A stretch of 64,000 nt of DNA from an uncultured Planctomycetota bacterium (GCA_963845755.1 CAWJTV010000019.1:320001-384000); one strand, 5' to 3'. Shown: positions 12,101-25,376, counted from the stretch's first letter. The notes: generated by a model from the letters alone, not told the origin. Translations and numbers: made by a program.

Positions 12101-14716
12101 CGCGCCTGGCTGCTGGCCCACCGCGTCGGCAACGGCTGGGTTCCGGCGGAGGCCAAGGGTCCGGCCCTCCTCGCGCTGGCCGCAACGTCGGGGCGAGAGC
12201 GGCCCGCCGAGGACCGTTACCGGCTGGTCGTGAGCGTGAACAACACCGAGGTCTATCGGATCGAGGTCGAGGGTGCTCCACCGAGCCAGGAAATCCTCGG
12301 TCCCTCACAAGCTCTTGAAGGCCGGGGCAGAGAATCGCGTGGCGTTCGACATCGAGGGCCGGGGCACATTCGGCTATGCGGTGATGCTCGCCGGCGTGAC
12401 CCGCGATTTCGGACCGGATCAGAATGTCCAGAACCGCGCGGCGACGATCCACCGCCGGGTTTATCTGGCGCTCCTGCCCGAGCTGGATGGCCGGCCGCTG
12501 CCCACCGGCTTCAGCGTGGCGATCAATCCGAATCGGTTCGAGAACCGGGCGACCCAGGTCGTCCAGGGGGGCCAGGTCCGCGTCGAGATCGAGGCCGCGC
12601 GCACCCCGAGAGTCGAACAGCCCGACTGGCAGGCCGGCTTTCTGGTGCTGCACGAGCCATCTGCCCGCCGGAGACCCGCCTGGTGGAGGGATCGGTCCAG
12701 TCGCAGGCGCGAAGCTACACGATGACGGACGGGACCCTGACCTTCTACTTCCCGGCCGGGCAGCCGATCGGCGTGATCCACTACGACCTGCGCGGCGATT
12801 TGCCCGGGCGATACCGCGTGTTGCCGCCATCGATCCGCAGCGCCGACGATCCCGGCCGCGGCCACCTTGGCGACGCGGCGACGCTTCAGGTCCTCGCTCC
12901 GGGTGCGACGAGCACCGATCCTTACAAGCCGACGCCGAACGAGCTCTACCACCGCGGCAAGATTCATTTCGACGCCGGCCGGCTCGCCGAGGCCGCCGCG
13001 CCGCTGGAGACCTTGTTCGAAGGCTACACGCTCCGCGACGACATCTTGAAGGACACCGCGCGGATGCTGCTGTTCGTGCACCTGAGCCAGCACGACGCCC
13101 GCAAGATCGTCCGGGACTACGAGATCGTCCGGGAGAAGATGCCCGAGCTATACATCGTCTTCGACACGCTGCTGGCCATCGGCCGCGCGTACGCCGAGAT
13201 CGGCGAATCCGAGCGTGCCTACCTGGGATGGACTGCGCTGGCCGATGCGAGCTACCTGGAAGATGCCCGCATCGGCGAGCTACTCCGCCAGCGCGGACAG
13301 GCACTCGAAGGCATGGCCTTCCTGCTGCAACTCTGGCGCGAGTCGCCCGGCGGCGCCACGGTCGACAGCGACTTCTTCGGCCTGGCGCAACGACTGGCCG
13401 CAATGGCCGGCCGGCTGTCGAGTGACCTGGTGTTTCGCACCGCGCTCGAGGCTAGCGGGGCCACGCGCTCCAGGTTGCTCCACCAGGCCAGTCGATTGAC
13501 CCAGCTCTTCCTGGCCGAGTCGCCGGACAACCCGCTGGCCGACGAGGCTGGCCTGGCGCTGGTGGGGAATGCCTTCGAGCTCGGCGATCACGCCGGGATG
13601 ATCCGCATCGCGGAGCAGTTCGAGAGGCTTCATCCCCAGAGCGCACTCCGCGACAGCTTCCGCTACAGTGCGGCCCTCGGCCAGTTCTATCTGGGCCAGC
13701 TCGACCGCGCGATCGCGCTGGCGCGGGGGATCGCCGAACCGGACGAAGCGCTCCCCGAGAACACGTCGTCCGAGGCCGCGGCGATCACCGCGCAGGCCGT
13801 CGCGCTCCTGGGCCGGATCCACGAGGCCCGGCTCGAGCCGGTCGAAGCCCTGGCGTATTACCGTCGGATCGCCAATCGCGTCTCCGACGCGGCCGACGCG
13901 GTCGAGGCCCTCACGTCCCGGTCCTTGAGCGTGCCCGAGATCTCGGTGGTCCGACCCGACGTTCTGAAGAACGCAGCAGCGCCCGACGGAGGCCGCCGGC
14001 TCGCCGTACCCCTGACGGTGACATGCCGCAATCTGGCCGAAGTGGACGTGCGCGTCTATCCGGTTGACGTGATGCGACTCTTCTCCGGTCGCGACAACCT
14101 GGGCGCGATCGCAACGGTCGAGCTCGCGGGTATCCGGCCGCTCTATCAGGCGAAGGTGGCCGTGGGTGACGGCAACGGCGTCGACCTGGAGGCAAAGCCC
14201 CGTGGGATCGAGCTGCCGCTTCCGGGCGACGGTGCCTACCTGGTCATGCTGCGAGGCGAGGACCTTTTCGCCTCGGGGCTCGTCGTGGTCACGCCCCTGG
14301 AGATCGAGCGGAATTCCTCTCCCGAGACCGGTCGGCTGCGGGTCACCGTGCGCGATGCGCGGACCCGGCGCGGGGTTGCGGGAGCTCATGTCAAAGTGAT
14401 CGGCGCGCGAAGCCCGATCATACAGACCGGCGAGACCGACCTGCGCGGCGTCTTCGTCGCCCCGGATGTTGAAGGACGCATCACGGTCGTCGTCCGACGG
14501 GGAGCGACCGAATCCGCGGTCGATCGGTCGCCCGCCCAGACCAATGCGAAGGCGAAATCCCCTCGAGCCCAACGGCGCGCGATCGAGTCCTCCGAGGATG
14601 ATCTCGGGGACCTCAACCGCCGCAATCGCCGGCGCCACTCCGAGCGCCTCAATGAGCGCGGAATGGGGGGCATGATGGGTGGTATGGGCGGCATGATGGG
14701 TGGCGGGTTTCAGTGA
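6175..14716 (+). CDS. Giant TPR-containing alpha-2-macroglobulin-like (MG2/A2M, YfaS-like) protein; reading frame broken by about 14 indels
   Basis: Signal peptide and TPR-like helices. MG2 motif LYTDRPAYRPGQRVALRGIIR; AELSLAMVDRAL; ETAYWNPSVVTDSNGRARVRFRAP; LVSLQNENGSWSW; VETTALVALA; LPGRYRVLPP; C-terminal TPRs and GETDLRGVFVA. The segments lie in alternating frames. Confidence 0.8.
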
Positions 14717-14748
14717 GGGCTCGACCTCAGGGTTCCCGTTCGTCCGCT

Positions 14749-15630
14749 CTACAACTCATCGAGATGTCGCGGCCAATCGTCCTTCAGCAGCCGCGAGAGC
14801 GAGCGGTCGGCGAGGATGCGCCCGCCGGTCTGACAGCGCGGGCAGTAGTTGGTCTCGTTGTCCGCGTATCGGATCCGCTGAATGAGTGTCTGACAGACCG
14901 GGCACGGTTCGCCGAACCGGCCGTGCGCGGCCATCCCCGGCCGGAACGCCGTGACCTTCTCCGGAAAACGCTCGCCGCTCTCCGCTCGGAGCGATGCGAT
15001 CCATTCGTTGAGCACCTCCCGTATGGCGGTGAAGAGTCGCTTGACCTCGTCCTGCGTGATCTTCTGCGAGAGCGCCAGCGGCGAGAGCCGGGCGCGATGG
15101 AGGATCTCGTCGGAGTAGGCGTTGCCGATGCCGCTGAACAGGCGAGGATCGGTGAGCGCCCGCTTGAGCGTGTGATTCCGCCGCCGGAGGACGGCTTCGA
15201 ACTGATCGAGCGTTGCCGGAAGCACTTCGAGGCCGCCCGGGTCCTGCGAGGTCAGGGCGCCTCCGCCGCGAAGCACGTGGAGAGCCGCGCGGCGCTTCGA
15301 TCCGGCTTCGGTCAAGAGCAAGGTCCCGTTCGGGAAATCGAAGGCGGCCAGGGCGGCTTTTCCCGAGAGCTTCGCGCCGCGCGGTTTCCAGTGGAGTCGT
15401 CCGGCGATCATCAAGTGCAGCACGAGCCACAGTTCGTCGTCGAGGCCGATGGCAATGCGTTTCCCGATCCGACGAAGCTCTCGGACTGTCTTGCCGATGA
15501 CCGACTCCAGCGCCGGATCGAATGTCCTGAGCAGGAACGGAGCCTGGATTCGAACCGCGTCGAGCCGCTCGCCGATGATGCGCCGCTCGAGGGCTTCGAC
15601 GTAAATCGTGATGTCCGGCAGCTCAGGCAT
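14749..15630 (-). CDS. Fpg/Nei family DNA glycosylase (formamidopyrimidine-DNA glycosylase-like)
   Basis: N-terminal [16 protein letters not shown]2TH motif [13 protein letters not shown], and C-terminal zinc finger CPVC...CPRCQ. Confidence 0.93.
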   Translation of the reverse strand: MPELPDITIYVEALERRIIGERLDAVRIQAPFLLRTFDPALESVIGKTVRELRRIGKRIAIGLDDELWLVLHLMIAGRLHWKPRGAKLSGKAALAAFDFPNGTLLLTEAGSKRRAALHVLRGGGALTSQDPGGLEVLPATLDQFEAVLRRRNHTLKRALTDPRLFSGIGNAYSDEILHRARLSPLALSQKITQDEVKRLFTAIREVLNEWIASLRAESGERFPEKVTAFRPGMAAHGRFGEPCPVCQTLIQRIRYADNETNYCPRCQTGGRILADRSLSRLLKDDWPRHLDEL

Positions 15631-15858
15631 GGAGCTCGGCGCCCCCGTTTTCTCGAAGAGAAGTCGCGGCCGGCCGGTCGCGGCTCTCAACCTTACCCGA
15701 GATGATCGGTCTTGACCAGATTCACCGCGAAAGTCCGCCGGTCTACCCCAACCGAACAAGCGGGATTAGAATAACACCATCGGTTGAAGCGCGGCCGCCG
15801 TGAAGGCGTGGGGCTCGGCCGGAAGGCGAGGCAACTCGATGGGACGATGGGGTTTTGC

Positions 15859-17268
15859 ATGGACCTGACGATCATCGACCGGGTGTTGGGGAGCAACATT
15901 CCCTACATCACCTACGCGGTGCCGATCTTCTTCCTGTTGATCGGCATCGAGCTCGTGGTGGCGCTCTGGGAGCGCAAGAACTACTACCGGCTGCACGACG
16001 CGATCAATGACCTGAGCTGCGGCAGTACCGAGCAGATCATCGGCCTTTTCCTCAAGGGTGTGCTCTTTCTGGGCTATCAAGGAACGTATAGCTACGCGAC
16101 CCGCGCCGGGATCAACCTGATCGACGTCCACAGTTACTCGCTCGCGGGCAAGTGGCTGGCGGCGATCGTGCTGTTCCTCGGGGTCGATTGCGCCTATTAC
16201 TGGTTCCACCGCATCGCCCACGAATACAACGCGCCCTGGGCCGGGCACGTGGTGCACCACTCGAGTGAGGATTACAACCTCGCCGTGGCGCTGCGGCAGG
16301 GCTCGTTCCAGGGGCTCTTCTCCTGGGTCTTCTACCTGCCGCTGGCGCTGCTGGGTTTTCCACCGGCGTGGTTCGCCGCGATCATGAGCTTCAACCTGCT
16401 CTACCAGTTCTGGATCCACACTCGCGCGATCGGCAGGCTCGGGCCGCTGGAATGGGTGTTCAACACGCCGTCGCATCATCGCGTGCATCACGCGCGCAAC
16501 CCCAAGTATCTGGATAAGAACTACGCGGGCACGCTGATCGTCTGGGACAAGATGTTCGGTACGTTCCAGGCCGAGGAGGAAGAGCCGGTCTACGGCCTGA
16601 CCAAGCCGTTGAACAGTTGGAACCCGCTGTGGGCCAACCTTCACGTCTGGCGCGACCTGTTCCGCGACGCCTGGCTGGCGCCGCGATGGATCGACAAAAT
16701 CCGGATCTGGTTCATGCCGCAGGGCTGGCGGCCGGAAGGATTGCCCTCCAACCCGATTGCCCCCGAGCTGACCCATCAGACCGTCATCCGCTACGACACG
16801 AAGTTGCCCCTGGCGTTGAACGTCTACGCCCTGATCCATTTCGTGGCGATCGTGCCAATGATCGTCGGCCTGATGGCGGAAGGCCGGTCGCTCCCGCGCG
16901 GGGAGTTGGCTGGGGGCGCCTTGCTGGTGTTGTGGGGCTTGCTCAATCTCGGCGGCATCTTCGACCATCGCCGATGGGCACTCCCTTCGGAGCTATCGCG
17001 GCTCCCGCTGACCGCTGCGACGCTGGTGGCCAGGCTGCCCGACGGCTCCTGGCGCGGGCCCGCGCAACTCGGCCTCGCGCTCGCGGTCCTGGCGTCGTGG
17101 CTCTGCCTATTCCTCTATCGCCGCGAGTTTGATGGCGCCCCGCAATGGCCCAGCCGGGTGATCGGGCGATCGGATGCCTGGGCGGACGGAACGGAGACTC
17201 CGCCGATGGTCGCATCAGGCGCGGTGGCCTCAGCCGTTGGAGACGGCAGTCAGAAAATGCCGTGGTGA
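15859..17268 (+). CDS. Sterol desaturase / fatty acid hydroxylase family protein (alkylglycerol monooxygenase-like)
   Basis: Histidine boxes WFHRIAH, HVVHHSS, FWIH and HHRVHH; DKNYAG; several TM helices. Confidence 0.88.
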   Translation: MDLTIIDRVLGSNIPYITYAVPIFFLLIGIELVVALWERKNYYRLHDAINDLSCGSTEQIIGLFLKGVLFLGYQGTYSYATRAGINLIDVHSYSLAGKWLAAIVLFLGVDCAYYWFHRIAHEYNAPWAGHVVHHSSEDYNLAVALRQGSFQGLFSWVFYLPLALLGFPPAWFAAIMSFNLLYQFWIHTRAIGRLGPLEWVFNTPSHHRVHHARNPKYLDKNYAGTLIVWDKMFGTFQAEEEEPVYGLTKPLNSWNPLWANLHVWRDLFRDAWLAPRWIDKIRIWFMPQGWRPEGLPSNPIAPELTHQTVIRYDTKLPLALNVYALIHFVAIVPMIVGLMAEGRSLPRGELAGGALLVLWGLLNLGGIFDHRRWALPSELSRLPLTAATLVARLPDGSWRGPAQLGLALAVLASWLCLFLYRREFDGAPQWPSRVIGRSDAWADGTETPPMVASGAVASAVGDGSQKMPW

Positions 17269-17498
17269 GCGAGGAGATCGTTGCCGAGATCGAATGCTTT
17301 CCCGACCCGGGATTTCGGGATCGGTCATGGTTGTCATCCGATTCTTGACGAAAAGACGCCCCGAGATCCGGCCCCCCCCGCTACTTTGGAAGTCGAAGCC
17401 CATCAGCTATTATTATAGACTCCTCCCAGGGTGAAGGGTGACTCTATCCGCAGAAAGGGCTCGCTTCGCCTTCCAAAACCGACGAATCTGAGGTACCT

Positions 17499-18503
17499 GT
17501 GGCCATGGTCGTCCTGCCGGTCATTCTCGCGGCTCTGGGAATCCTGCCTGCCGAAGCGGCCTCAGCGGCCGACGTCGCGTTGACGTCCACGAAGGGGCAC
17601 CTGGACGAGTCCAGCGAGTCCCGCTCCTTCATCTTGATGTATCGGGCCGTCGTGAAGGACATCCCTGAGGGTGCGAAAACACTCGACCTTTGGTTGCCGT
17701 TGCCTCAGACTGACCGTAACCAGACGATCCACAGCCTCACCATCGACGCGCCGGGGCCGCTGACCATCGGCCTGGAACCCCGGTTTGGCAACCAGGTTCT
17801 TTCGTTGCGAGTTCAGAGCCCCCGAGCGCCGATCTCCGTGATCCTGACCATCGATGCGACCCGGAGAGAGAACTCCGGGACCGTCGAGTCCCTCAGCGAC
17901 ACGGAGCGCGACCGTTACCTGCAACCGGAGCCCCTGGTCCCTCTGGACGGCCCCATCCGGGAGCTTGCCGTCCAGGCCACGAAGCGATCGAAGACCGATG
18001 CCGAGAAGGCTCGGGCGATTTACGATCAGGTTACGGGGATGATGCGATACGACAAGAGCGGGACCGGTTGGGGCCGGGGTGACGCGCTGTTCGCCTGCGA
18101 TGCGAAGCGGGGCAACTGCACCGACTTCCACGCCTTGATCATCGGCATGGCACGGTCCGCCGGAATCCCGGCCCGCTTCGCCATCGGACTGCCGCTACCC
18201 GAGACTCGTGGGGCGGGCGAGATACCCGGTTACCATTGCTGGGCTGAGTTGTACGTCAGCGGCCGGGGCTGGGTCCCGGTGGATGCCAGCGAAGCGGTGA
18301 AGCATCCTGCCAAGGCGGCCTACTTCTTTGGCCATCACGATGAGAACCGGCTGGAGCTCAGCCGGGGCCGGCATCTGATCCTCTCCCCGGCCCAACACGG
18401 GCCGCCCGTGAACTTCTTCGTCGATCCTTATGCCGAGATCGATGGCAAGCGGCATCAGGTCATCGATCGCACGCTCACGTTCAAGGATCGTCCAGCCGGG
18501 TGA
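17499..18503 (+). CDS. Secreted transglutaminase-like protein
   Basis: Signal peptide; catalytic triad motifs GNCTDFH, YHCWAE and WVPVD. Confidence 0.88.
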   Translation: MAMVVLPVILAALGILPAEAASAADVALTSTKGHLDESSESRSFILMYRAVVKDIPEGAKTLDLWLPLPQTDRNQTIHSLTIDAPGPLTIGLEPRFGNQVLSLRVQSPRAPISVILTIDATRRENSGTVESLSDTERDRYLQPEPLVPLDGPIRELAVQATKRSKTDAEKARAIYDQVTGMMRYDKSGTGWGRGDALFACDAKRGNCTDFHALIIGMARSAGIPARFAIGLPLPETRGAGEIPGYHCWAELYVSGRGWVPVDASEAVKHPAKAAYFFGHHDENRLELSRGRHLILSPAQHGPPVNFFVDPYAEIDGKRHQVIDRTLTFKDRPAG

Positions 18504-18507
18504 CCCG

Positions 18508-18909
18508 TTAGCGATTGACCGATGACTCGCTGACGGCGCCTTCGACGCTGGTGGTGGCGGCCGGCGTTTCGTCGGATTGGGATTTCTGCCAGGGCCATCG
18601 CCGCCCGTCGATGGGCTCGCTGATCACGACGCGCGGGTCGTTGCGAGAGTTGACGACGCTGGACGAAGAGGTTCCGACGTCGCTCGTTGTGGCCGATCCC
18701 TCCATCACGCGGGCCGGCGGATCGCAGATGGTCGCGGACTGCATGCCCGCGGGCGCCGGGGTGACTGTCGCGCACGGTGGGGCGCCATAGCCGTAATAGA
18801 AGCAATAAGGCGGTTGCTGACAGCCCCAGCCGGCGAATGCCAGCGCGCAGACCGGGATGAGTCTCCAGACTGGCCGCCGGCGCAGCGGTACGAACGAGGT
18901 TTGTCGCAT
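18508..18909 (-). CDS. Hypothetical lipoprotein
   Basis: Basic N-region, then a hydrophobic stretch and lipobox-like AGWG-C (MRQTSF...ALAFAGWGCQQ). GGGAGA RBS upstream. Confidence 0.55.
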   Translation of the reverse strand: MRQTSFVPLRRRPVWRLIPVCALAFAGWGCQQPPYCFYYGYGAPPCATVTPAPAGMQSATICDPPARVMEGSATTSDVGTSSSSVVNSRNDPRVVISEPIDGRRWPWQKSQSDETPAATTSVEGAVSESSVNR

Positions 18910-19140
18910 GGCGAATCTCCCGAGGGACGGGGCGGCCCGGCCCGTGATCGTGCTTGGGATCGTCCGAAACCAATCCGAGATGAAGACGCGGCGAAGGGAC
19001 CCTGGCCCGACCATCACTCCCCTGTCGAATTCCAGGTGGCCGGACTTTAATCAAAATCGAAAAACCGGCCAACCGCAAAATCTCTCAGTAGGCAGAAGGC
19101 GGTAGGACGTAGGCCGCTTCATGGATCCGTATTCAACTGC

Positions 19141-20229
19141 CTACTGGAAGAGCATTCCTTGCCGCGGACCCGATTCCGGGTGGCGGAAGGCTGCGGCTGA
19201 GACCGGCCATCGGTGCTGATTGAGCCCGGCGCGGCGGCTGGCCGTCTGGAACAATCGCGCCAGCAATTCGGCCTGATGGCCCTCGCCGCTCATCCGGACC
19301 CCGAACCGGGCGTCGTTGAGCCGGCCGGCTCGTGCGGCGCGAATGCGGCCGAGCACCTTGTCTTTCCGGTCGGGTAAGTGCGTTTCTAGCCAGTCCTGGA
19401 ACAGACCGGCCACGGCCATCGGGAGGCGGACGAGTGTATAACCCGCGGACCGGGCGCCGGCCTGCGCGGCGGCCTTCAAGATTGCCGGCATCTCGTGCTC
19501 GGTCAGGCCGGGGATCACCGGCGCCACCATCACGCCGGCTGGGATGCCGGCATCCGCCAGCGCAGCGATCGCCTCCAGACGCCCGGATGGCCGCGACGTC
19601 CGCGGCTCCAGCCGGCCGATCAGATCCGAGTCCAGCGACGTGATCGAGACGAACACACCGGCTGCGCCGTGGCGGGCAAGTTCACCCAGCAGGTCGATGT
19701 CGCGGGTCACCAGCCGGTTCTTCGTGATGATGGTGACCGGCTGGCGGAACTCGGCCAGGACCGCCAGACACCGCCGGGTGAGCTGGAGTTTCCGCTCCAA
19801 CGGCTGATACGGGTCGGTCACCCCGCTCAGGCCCAGGACGCGCGGTTGCCATCTCGGTGATGAAAGCTGCTTCCTCAACAGTTCGGGCGCGTCCTCTTTC
19901 ACGAGGATCTTCGTCTCGAAATCCAGGCCGGCCGAATAGCCGAGCCACTCATGTGTAGGTCGCGCATAACAGTAAATGCAGCCGTGTTCGCATCCCCGAT
20001 ACGGATTGATGCTCACCTCGAAGCCCACATCCGGGCTATCGTTGTGGGCGATGATGGTGCGCGAGCGGTCGGGCAGGTATTCCGTCCGAGGCCGGCCCAG
20101 GGCCGCGAGATACTCCTCGTCCTCCTCGACCTGGTCGAGCTCGAGTTCGTGATGGGTCGTCTCGAAGCGGTTGGCCGGGTTGTGCCCAGCCCCGCGCCCT
20201 TTCGGTAACGGTGCATTCGACCCGATCAT
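19141..20229 (-). CDS. PA0069/Rv2578c-family radical SAM protein (SplB-like)
   Basis: KGRGA..NPANRF, SINPYRGCEHGCIYCYARPTH (CxxxCxxC) and TDPYQPLE. Confidence 0.92.
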   Translation of the reverse strand: MIGSNAPLPKGRGAGHNPANRFETTHHELELDQVEEDEEYLAALGRPRTEYLPDRSRTIIAHNDSPDVGFEVSINPYRGCEHGCIYCYARPTHEWLGYSAGLDFETKILVKEDAPELLRKQLSSPRWQPRVLGLSGVTDPYQPLERKLQLTRRCLAVLAEFRQPVTIITKNRLVTRDIDLLGELARHGAAGVFVSITSLDSDLIGRLEPRTSRPSGRLEAIAALADAGIPAGVMVAPVIPGLTEHEMPAILKAAAQAGARSAGYTLVRLPMAVAGLFQDWLETHLPDRKDKVLGRIRAARAGRLNDARFGVRMSGEGHQAELLARLFQTASRRAGLNQHRWPVSAAAFRHPESGPRQGMLFQ

Positions 20230-20294
20230 GGTTGATTCATCCCCTGGCAACAATCCGCTTTAGCGTCGGTTCGCCTTGACCCATCAGGAGATAC

Positions 20295-20308
20295 TATACA
20301 TCTGAACA
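20295..20308. promoter_or_regulatory. Candidate LexA (SOS) box overlapping a TATAGT -10 element upstream of the radical SAM gene
   Basis: TATAC-atct-GAACA resembles the TGTTC-N4-GAACA LexA motif described in Verrucomicrobia. Confidence 0.45.
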
Positions 20309-20428
20309 AAGAGAAAGACCAGAGGGTTCTTTCGAGGGTGGCCTCGAGCGCCGAGAGTGTCGCGGTGGGCCAGCGCCTCGATGAATCGAGGCACGACCCA
20401 CCCGACGCCTCCCATGGGCCATTGCGAA

Positions 20429-22615
20429 CTAACGCTTCACCGTCGTCTTGTCGTCGTTCCGGGCCGTGTCCTGGGCTTTCTCTTCCTGGAACTGGCCCTC
20501 GACGATCGCGGCGAAATCGGCGAGCGTGCCGAAATCCTGGGTCTTGACGGTGATGGCGTTGTCGGAGTGCTCGACGCGGACGCCGGCCAGGAGCCCCTTA
20601 TACATTCGGACGGCGAGCACGTCCTTGGGCATCTTGGGTTGATCCCTTTCGAGCGCCTGACGACCCATCGCGATCAGCGATTCGAGCGATCGACTGACCG
20701 CTGCGCTGGCGTCGCGGTTACGGCAGGCTGCGTCGGCGTGCAGGACGATGTCATCGGCGTCGTCGACACTCAGAATCCACGAGTCAATTCCTTTGAAGAG
20801 CGACAGGGTTATGGCATCATCAGGGCGGCCCAGGTCGTAGTGCTTCGCGAACAAGTCGCCCTCGTTCTTGACGGCGATGGCGAATAGGCCACGGTTAGCG
20901 CGATCCCACGACGGGTTGCTGAGGAAGGCTGGCCGCTCGGGGATCTCGCCTCTGGCGACCTTGCGGATGACGGCTTCCTCATCCAGGACGATCGTCCGGT
21001 CGTCGGGAAGAAATACGCAAGGGTTGCGCCCGAACAACGCCATAATCGCCCCTTTGACCTTGTAATAAGACCGGCGCCCTGTGCGAACCTCTTCGCATTC
21101 GCATCTCCACTGGCGGAGGAACGCCAGCCAGTCAAAAGGTGCGACCATTCGAACCGTCGGACAACTGAACATGATGCTGTGGAGTGTCTTGTCCCCCGTG
21201 CCGTTCTTACCGAAGGTGACACTGGTGGTCACCCACTCGATATCCTGACCGCGGAGCTTCACGAAACCCGGACGAGACATGTCGATCTTGAGGTGGTTCG
21301 CCACCGCGGGGGAATCGAAGAACTCCCCCTCCCATTCCTTACCGATCAGCGGGATGACCCGTTCCAATCCCCTGTGGCGGGAGGCCGCGGCGGGTCGCAC
21401 GATGGCCACGCCGTCCGTACCCTCGCGGAGATAGAAGCGTGGAAGAGACTCTGCCTTGTCACGAGGCTCGGTCGCTCCAGCCTCAGCGCTGGCCACGGAA
21501 GGTGGACCGTCCTCGGCGCCCCGGGCCGGGCCGCGGAGGGTTGCCAGGCCGATGGTCAGTCCGACCAGGCTGAAGGCCGTCAGCCATCGCCGCGCACTCG
21601 ACCAATTCCGGTCGAAGGTCTTCGATTGCGATTGATCCCGTAACATCGCGATCCTCCTGATCAGGGTCCCGCGCGCCGGGAGGAACGCCCTCGCCGGCCA
21701 GCATGGGGACCGTCCATCCTGTCTCAAGGCCAGGCTCGACAGCGCCACGAGGTAGCGCCGCGGGCCTCCGGCGAACCGAGCGCCCAGTGCATCGGCCGCC
21801 TGCTCTTGCTGGAGCTGGAGCCGGCCTGCCATCCATCGGACCAGGGGATGATAATAGTTTAGCACGATGGCGAGCCGGGCGATGAGGCCCGCCGCGTAGT
21901 CGCCACGGACGATGTGGGCCAGCTCGTGCGCGAGCACCGCGCGGCGCTCGGCAAGGCTCCACGACCGCCAGTCGTCCGGAAGAAGCAACACCGGCCGCAG
22001 GGACCCCGCCGTGGCCGGCGGCGTCAGGTCGGGGACCTCGCGGAGTCGGACCGTCCGGCGACATCCCATCGCCAGTCGCAGCTCGTCGAGTAGGCGGATC
22101 GTCGCGGGGTCGTCAACCGGCCGCCCACGACGGCAGCAGATGAGAACGGCCCAGAGCCCGATTAACAGGCGAAATGACCCGGCGCCGATCCCGGCCACCG
22201 CGAGCGACGCCAGGATGGTCCCCCAAGGGCGGAACCTCGTCGCCGGCTCGGCGGCACCGCGTTCGATCCGGTCCCAGGCCAACCGCAGCCAGTCAGGAGA
22301 CAGGCGCCGTCCGACTGCCGCAAGTGCTCCGTTTCCATGACCGGTCGGGCCGGATGAGACCCTCGTAGGGGGAGCGTTGCCGATCGTCACCCCGGGCGGC
22401 GTGATCGATTCGACCCGCCGCTTCCCATTGAACCTTATCCCCGGCCCGAAGGCCGCCACGTTCAAGGCCACGACCAGTCCGAGGCTCAAAGCGGCAACCC
22501 ACGCACCCCGAGCCGGACCGCGGCGCGACGCCAACGTGTGCAGCGCCAGTACCGGCAACAGCAAGAGGGTGACTTGCACGGCGAGCCAGGCCAGCGTCAG
22601 TCCGAGGTCGTTCAT
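20429..22615 (-). CDS. BlaR1/M56 family metallopeptidase with an unrecognised C-terminal domain
   Basis: N-terminal TM helices; AVLAHELAHIVRGD; YYHPLVRW; EQAADA; LIRRIAML. Overlaps the blaI-like stop codon (ATGA). Confidence 0.9.
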   Translation of the reverse strand: MNDLGLTLAWLAVQVTLLLLPVLALHTLASRRGPARGAWVAALSLGLVVALNVAAFGPGIRFNGKRRVESITPPGVTIGNAPPTRVSSGPTGHGNGALAAVGRRLSPDWLRLAWDRIERGAAEPATRFRPWGTILASLAVAGIGAGSFRLLIGLWAVLICCRRGRPVDDPATIRLLDELRLAMGCRRTVRLREVPDLTPPATAGSLRPVLLLPDDWRSWSLAERRAVLAHELAHIVRGDYAAGLIARLAIVLNYYHPLVRWMAGRLQLQQEQAADALGARFAGGPRRYLVALSSLALRQDGRSPCWPARAFLPARGTLIRRIAMLRDQSQSKTFDRNWSSARRWLTAFSLVGLTIGLATLRGPARGAEDGPPSVASAEAGATEPRDKAESLPRFYLREGTDGVAIVRPAAASRHRGLERVIPLIGKEWEGEFFDSPAVANHLKIDMSRPGFVKLRGQDIEWVTTSVTFGKNGTGDKTLHSIMFSCPTVRMVAPFDWLAFLRQWRCECEEVRTGRRSYYKVKGAIMALFGRNPCVFLPDDRTIVLDEEAVIRKVARGEIPERPAFLSNPSWDRANRGLFAIAVKNEGDLFAKHYDLGRPDDAITLSLFKGIDSWILSVDDADDIVLHADAACRNRDASAAVSRSLESLIAMGRQALERDQPKMPKDVLAVRMYKGLLAGVRVEHSDNAITVKTQDFGTLADFAAIVEGQFQEEKAQDTARNDDKTTVKR

Positions 22616-22995
22616 CGGCCTTCCTCCTTCAGGATCTGTTCGAGGACGGCCCGCTCCTCCAGAGTCAGCTTGCGCTGATCGACGAGCCGGCAGAGCAATT
22701 GCGCCCGCGACCCCCGGAAGACGCGCTGGACCAGGTCGCCTAGCAGCCGCCCCGAAACGTCCTCGTACGACCGGACCGCCCGATAAACGAACGGGCGCTC
22801 ATCATTGAGCTGAGTCAAGAACCCCTTCTCGTGCAGCCCGCGCACCAGGTTGGCGATCGTGGTATACGTCCGATCCAGGCCGGTCTCCGCGAGCCGATCG
22901 CGCACCTCGGCAGCCGTTGCCTCGCCGCGCGACCAGAAGACGTGCATCACCTCCAGTTCCCGCTCCGTCAAGTCCTTCGACGGCGGCCGTCCCAT
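22612..22995 (-). CDS. BlaI/MecI/CopY family repressor
   Basis: LTERELEVMHVFWSRGEATAAEV...YTTIANLVRGLHEKGFL...FRGS. Confidence 0.93.
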   Translation of the reverse strand: MGRPPSKDLTERELEVMHVFWSRGEATAAEVRDRLAETGLDRTYTTIANLVRGLHEKGFLTQLNDERPFVYRAVRSYEDVSGRLLGDLVQRVFRGSRAQLLCRLVDQRKLTLEERAVLEQILKEEGR

Positions 22996-23029
22996 GGCTG
23001 GCCCTCCTCTGGCCTCGTGGTTTGGTTTT

Positions 23030-23074
23030 CCAAATTTGGTTCGGCAAATCTAGCGAGATGGGGAATGGTGTCAA
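23030..23074 (-). promoter_or_regulatory. Sigma70-type promoter (TTGACA-N16-TAGATT) with a downstream palindrome CCAAATTTGG, the likely BlaI operator
   Basis: On the minus strand, -35 is at 23074-23069 and -10 at 23052-23047. The perfect 10-bp palindrome is at 23030-23039, upstream of the blaI-like gene. Confidence 0.6.
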
Positions 23075-23107
23075 GGCGGGAATCTCGGCGGGTTTCACCC
23101 ACCCTAC

Positions 23108-25231
<2,124 letters not shown>

Positions 25232-25376
25232 TGGGATCTCCTGAGGCGGACTTCGGCCGCAACCGGTCTGGTAGTGTGCTCTGTACTACTAACTTCGAGA
25301 ATCCTGTGCGCCGTGCACGATTACATAACGTCTCGAGGTACAAGAGGTTGGGTCGGCAGAAGACATCGACGCATTC

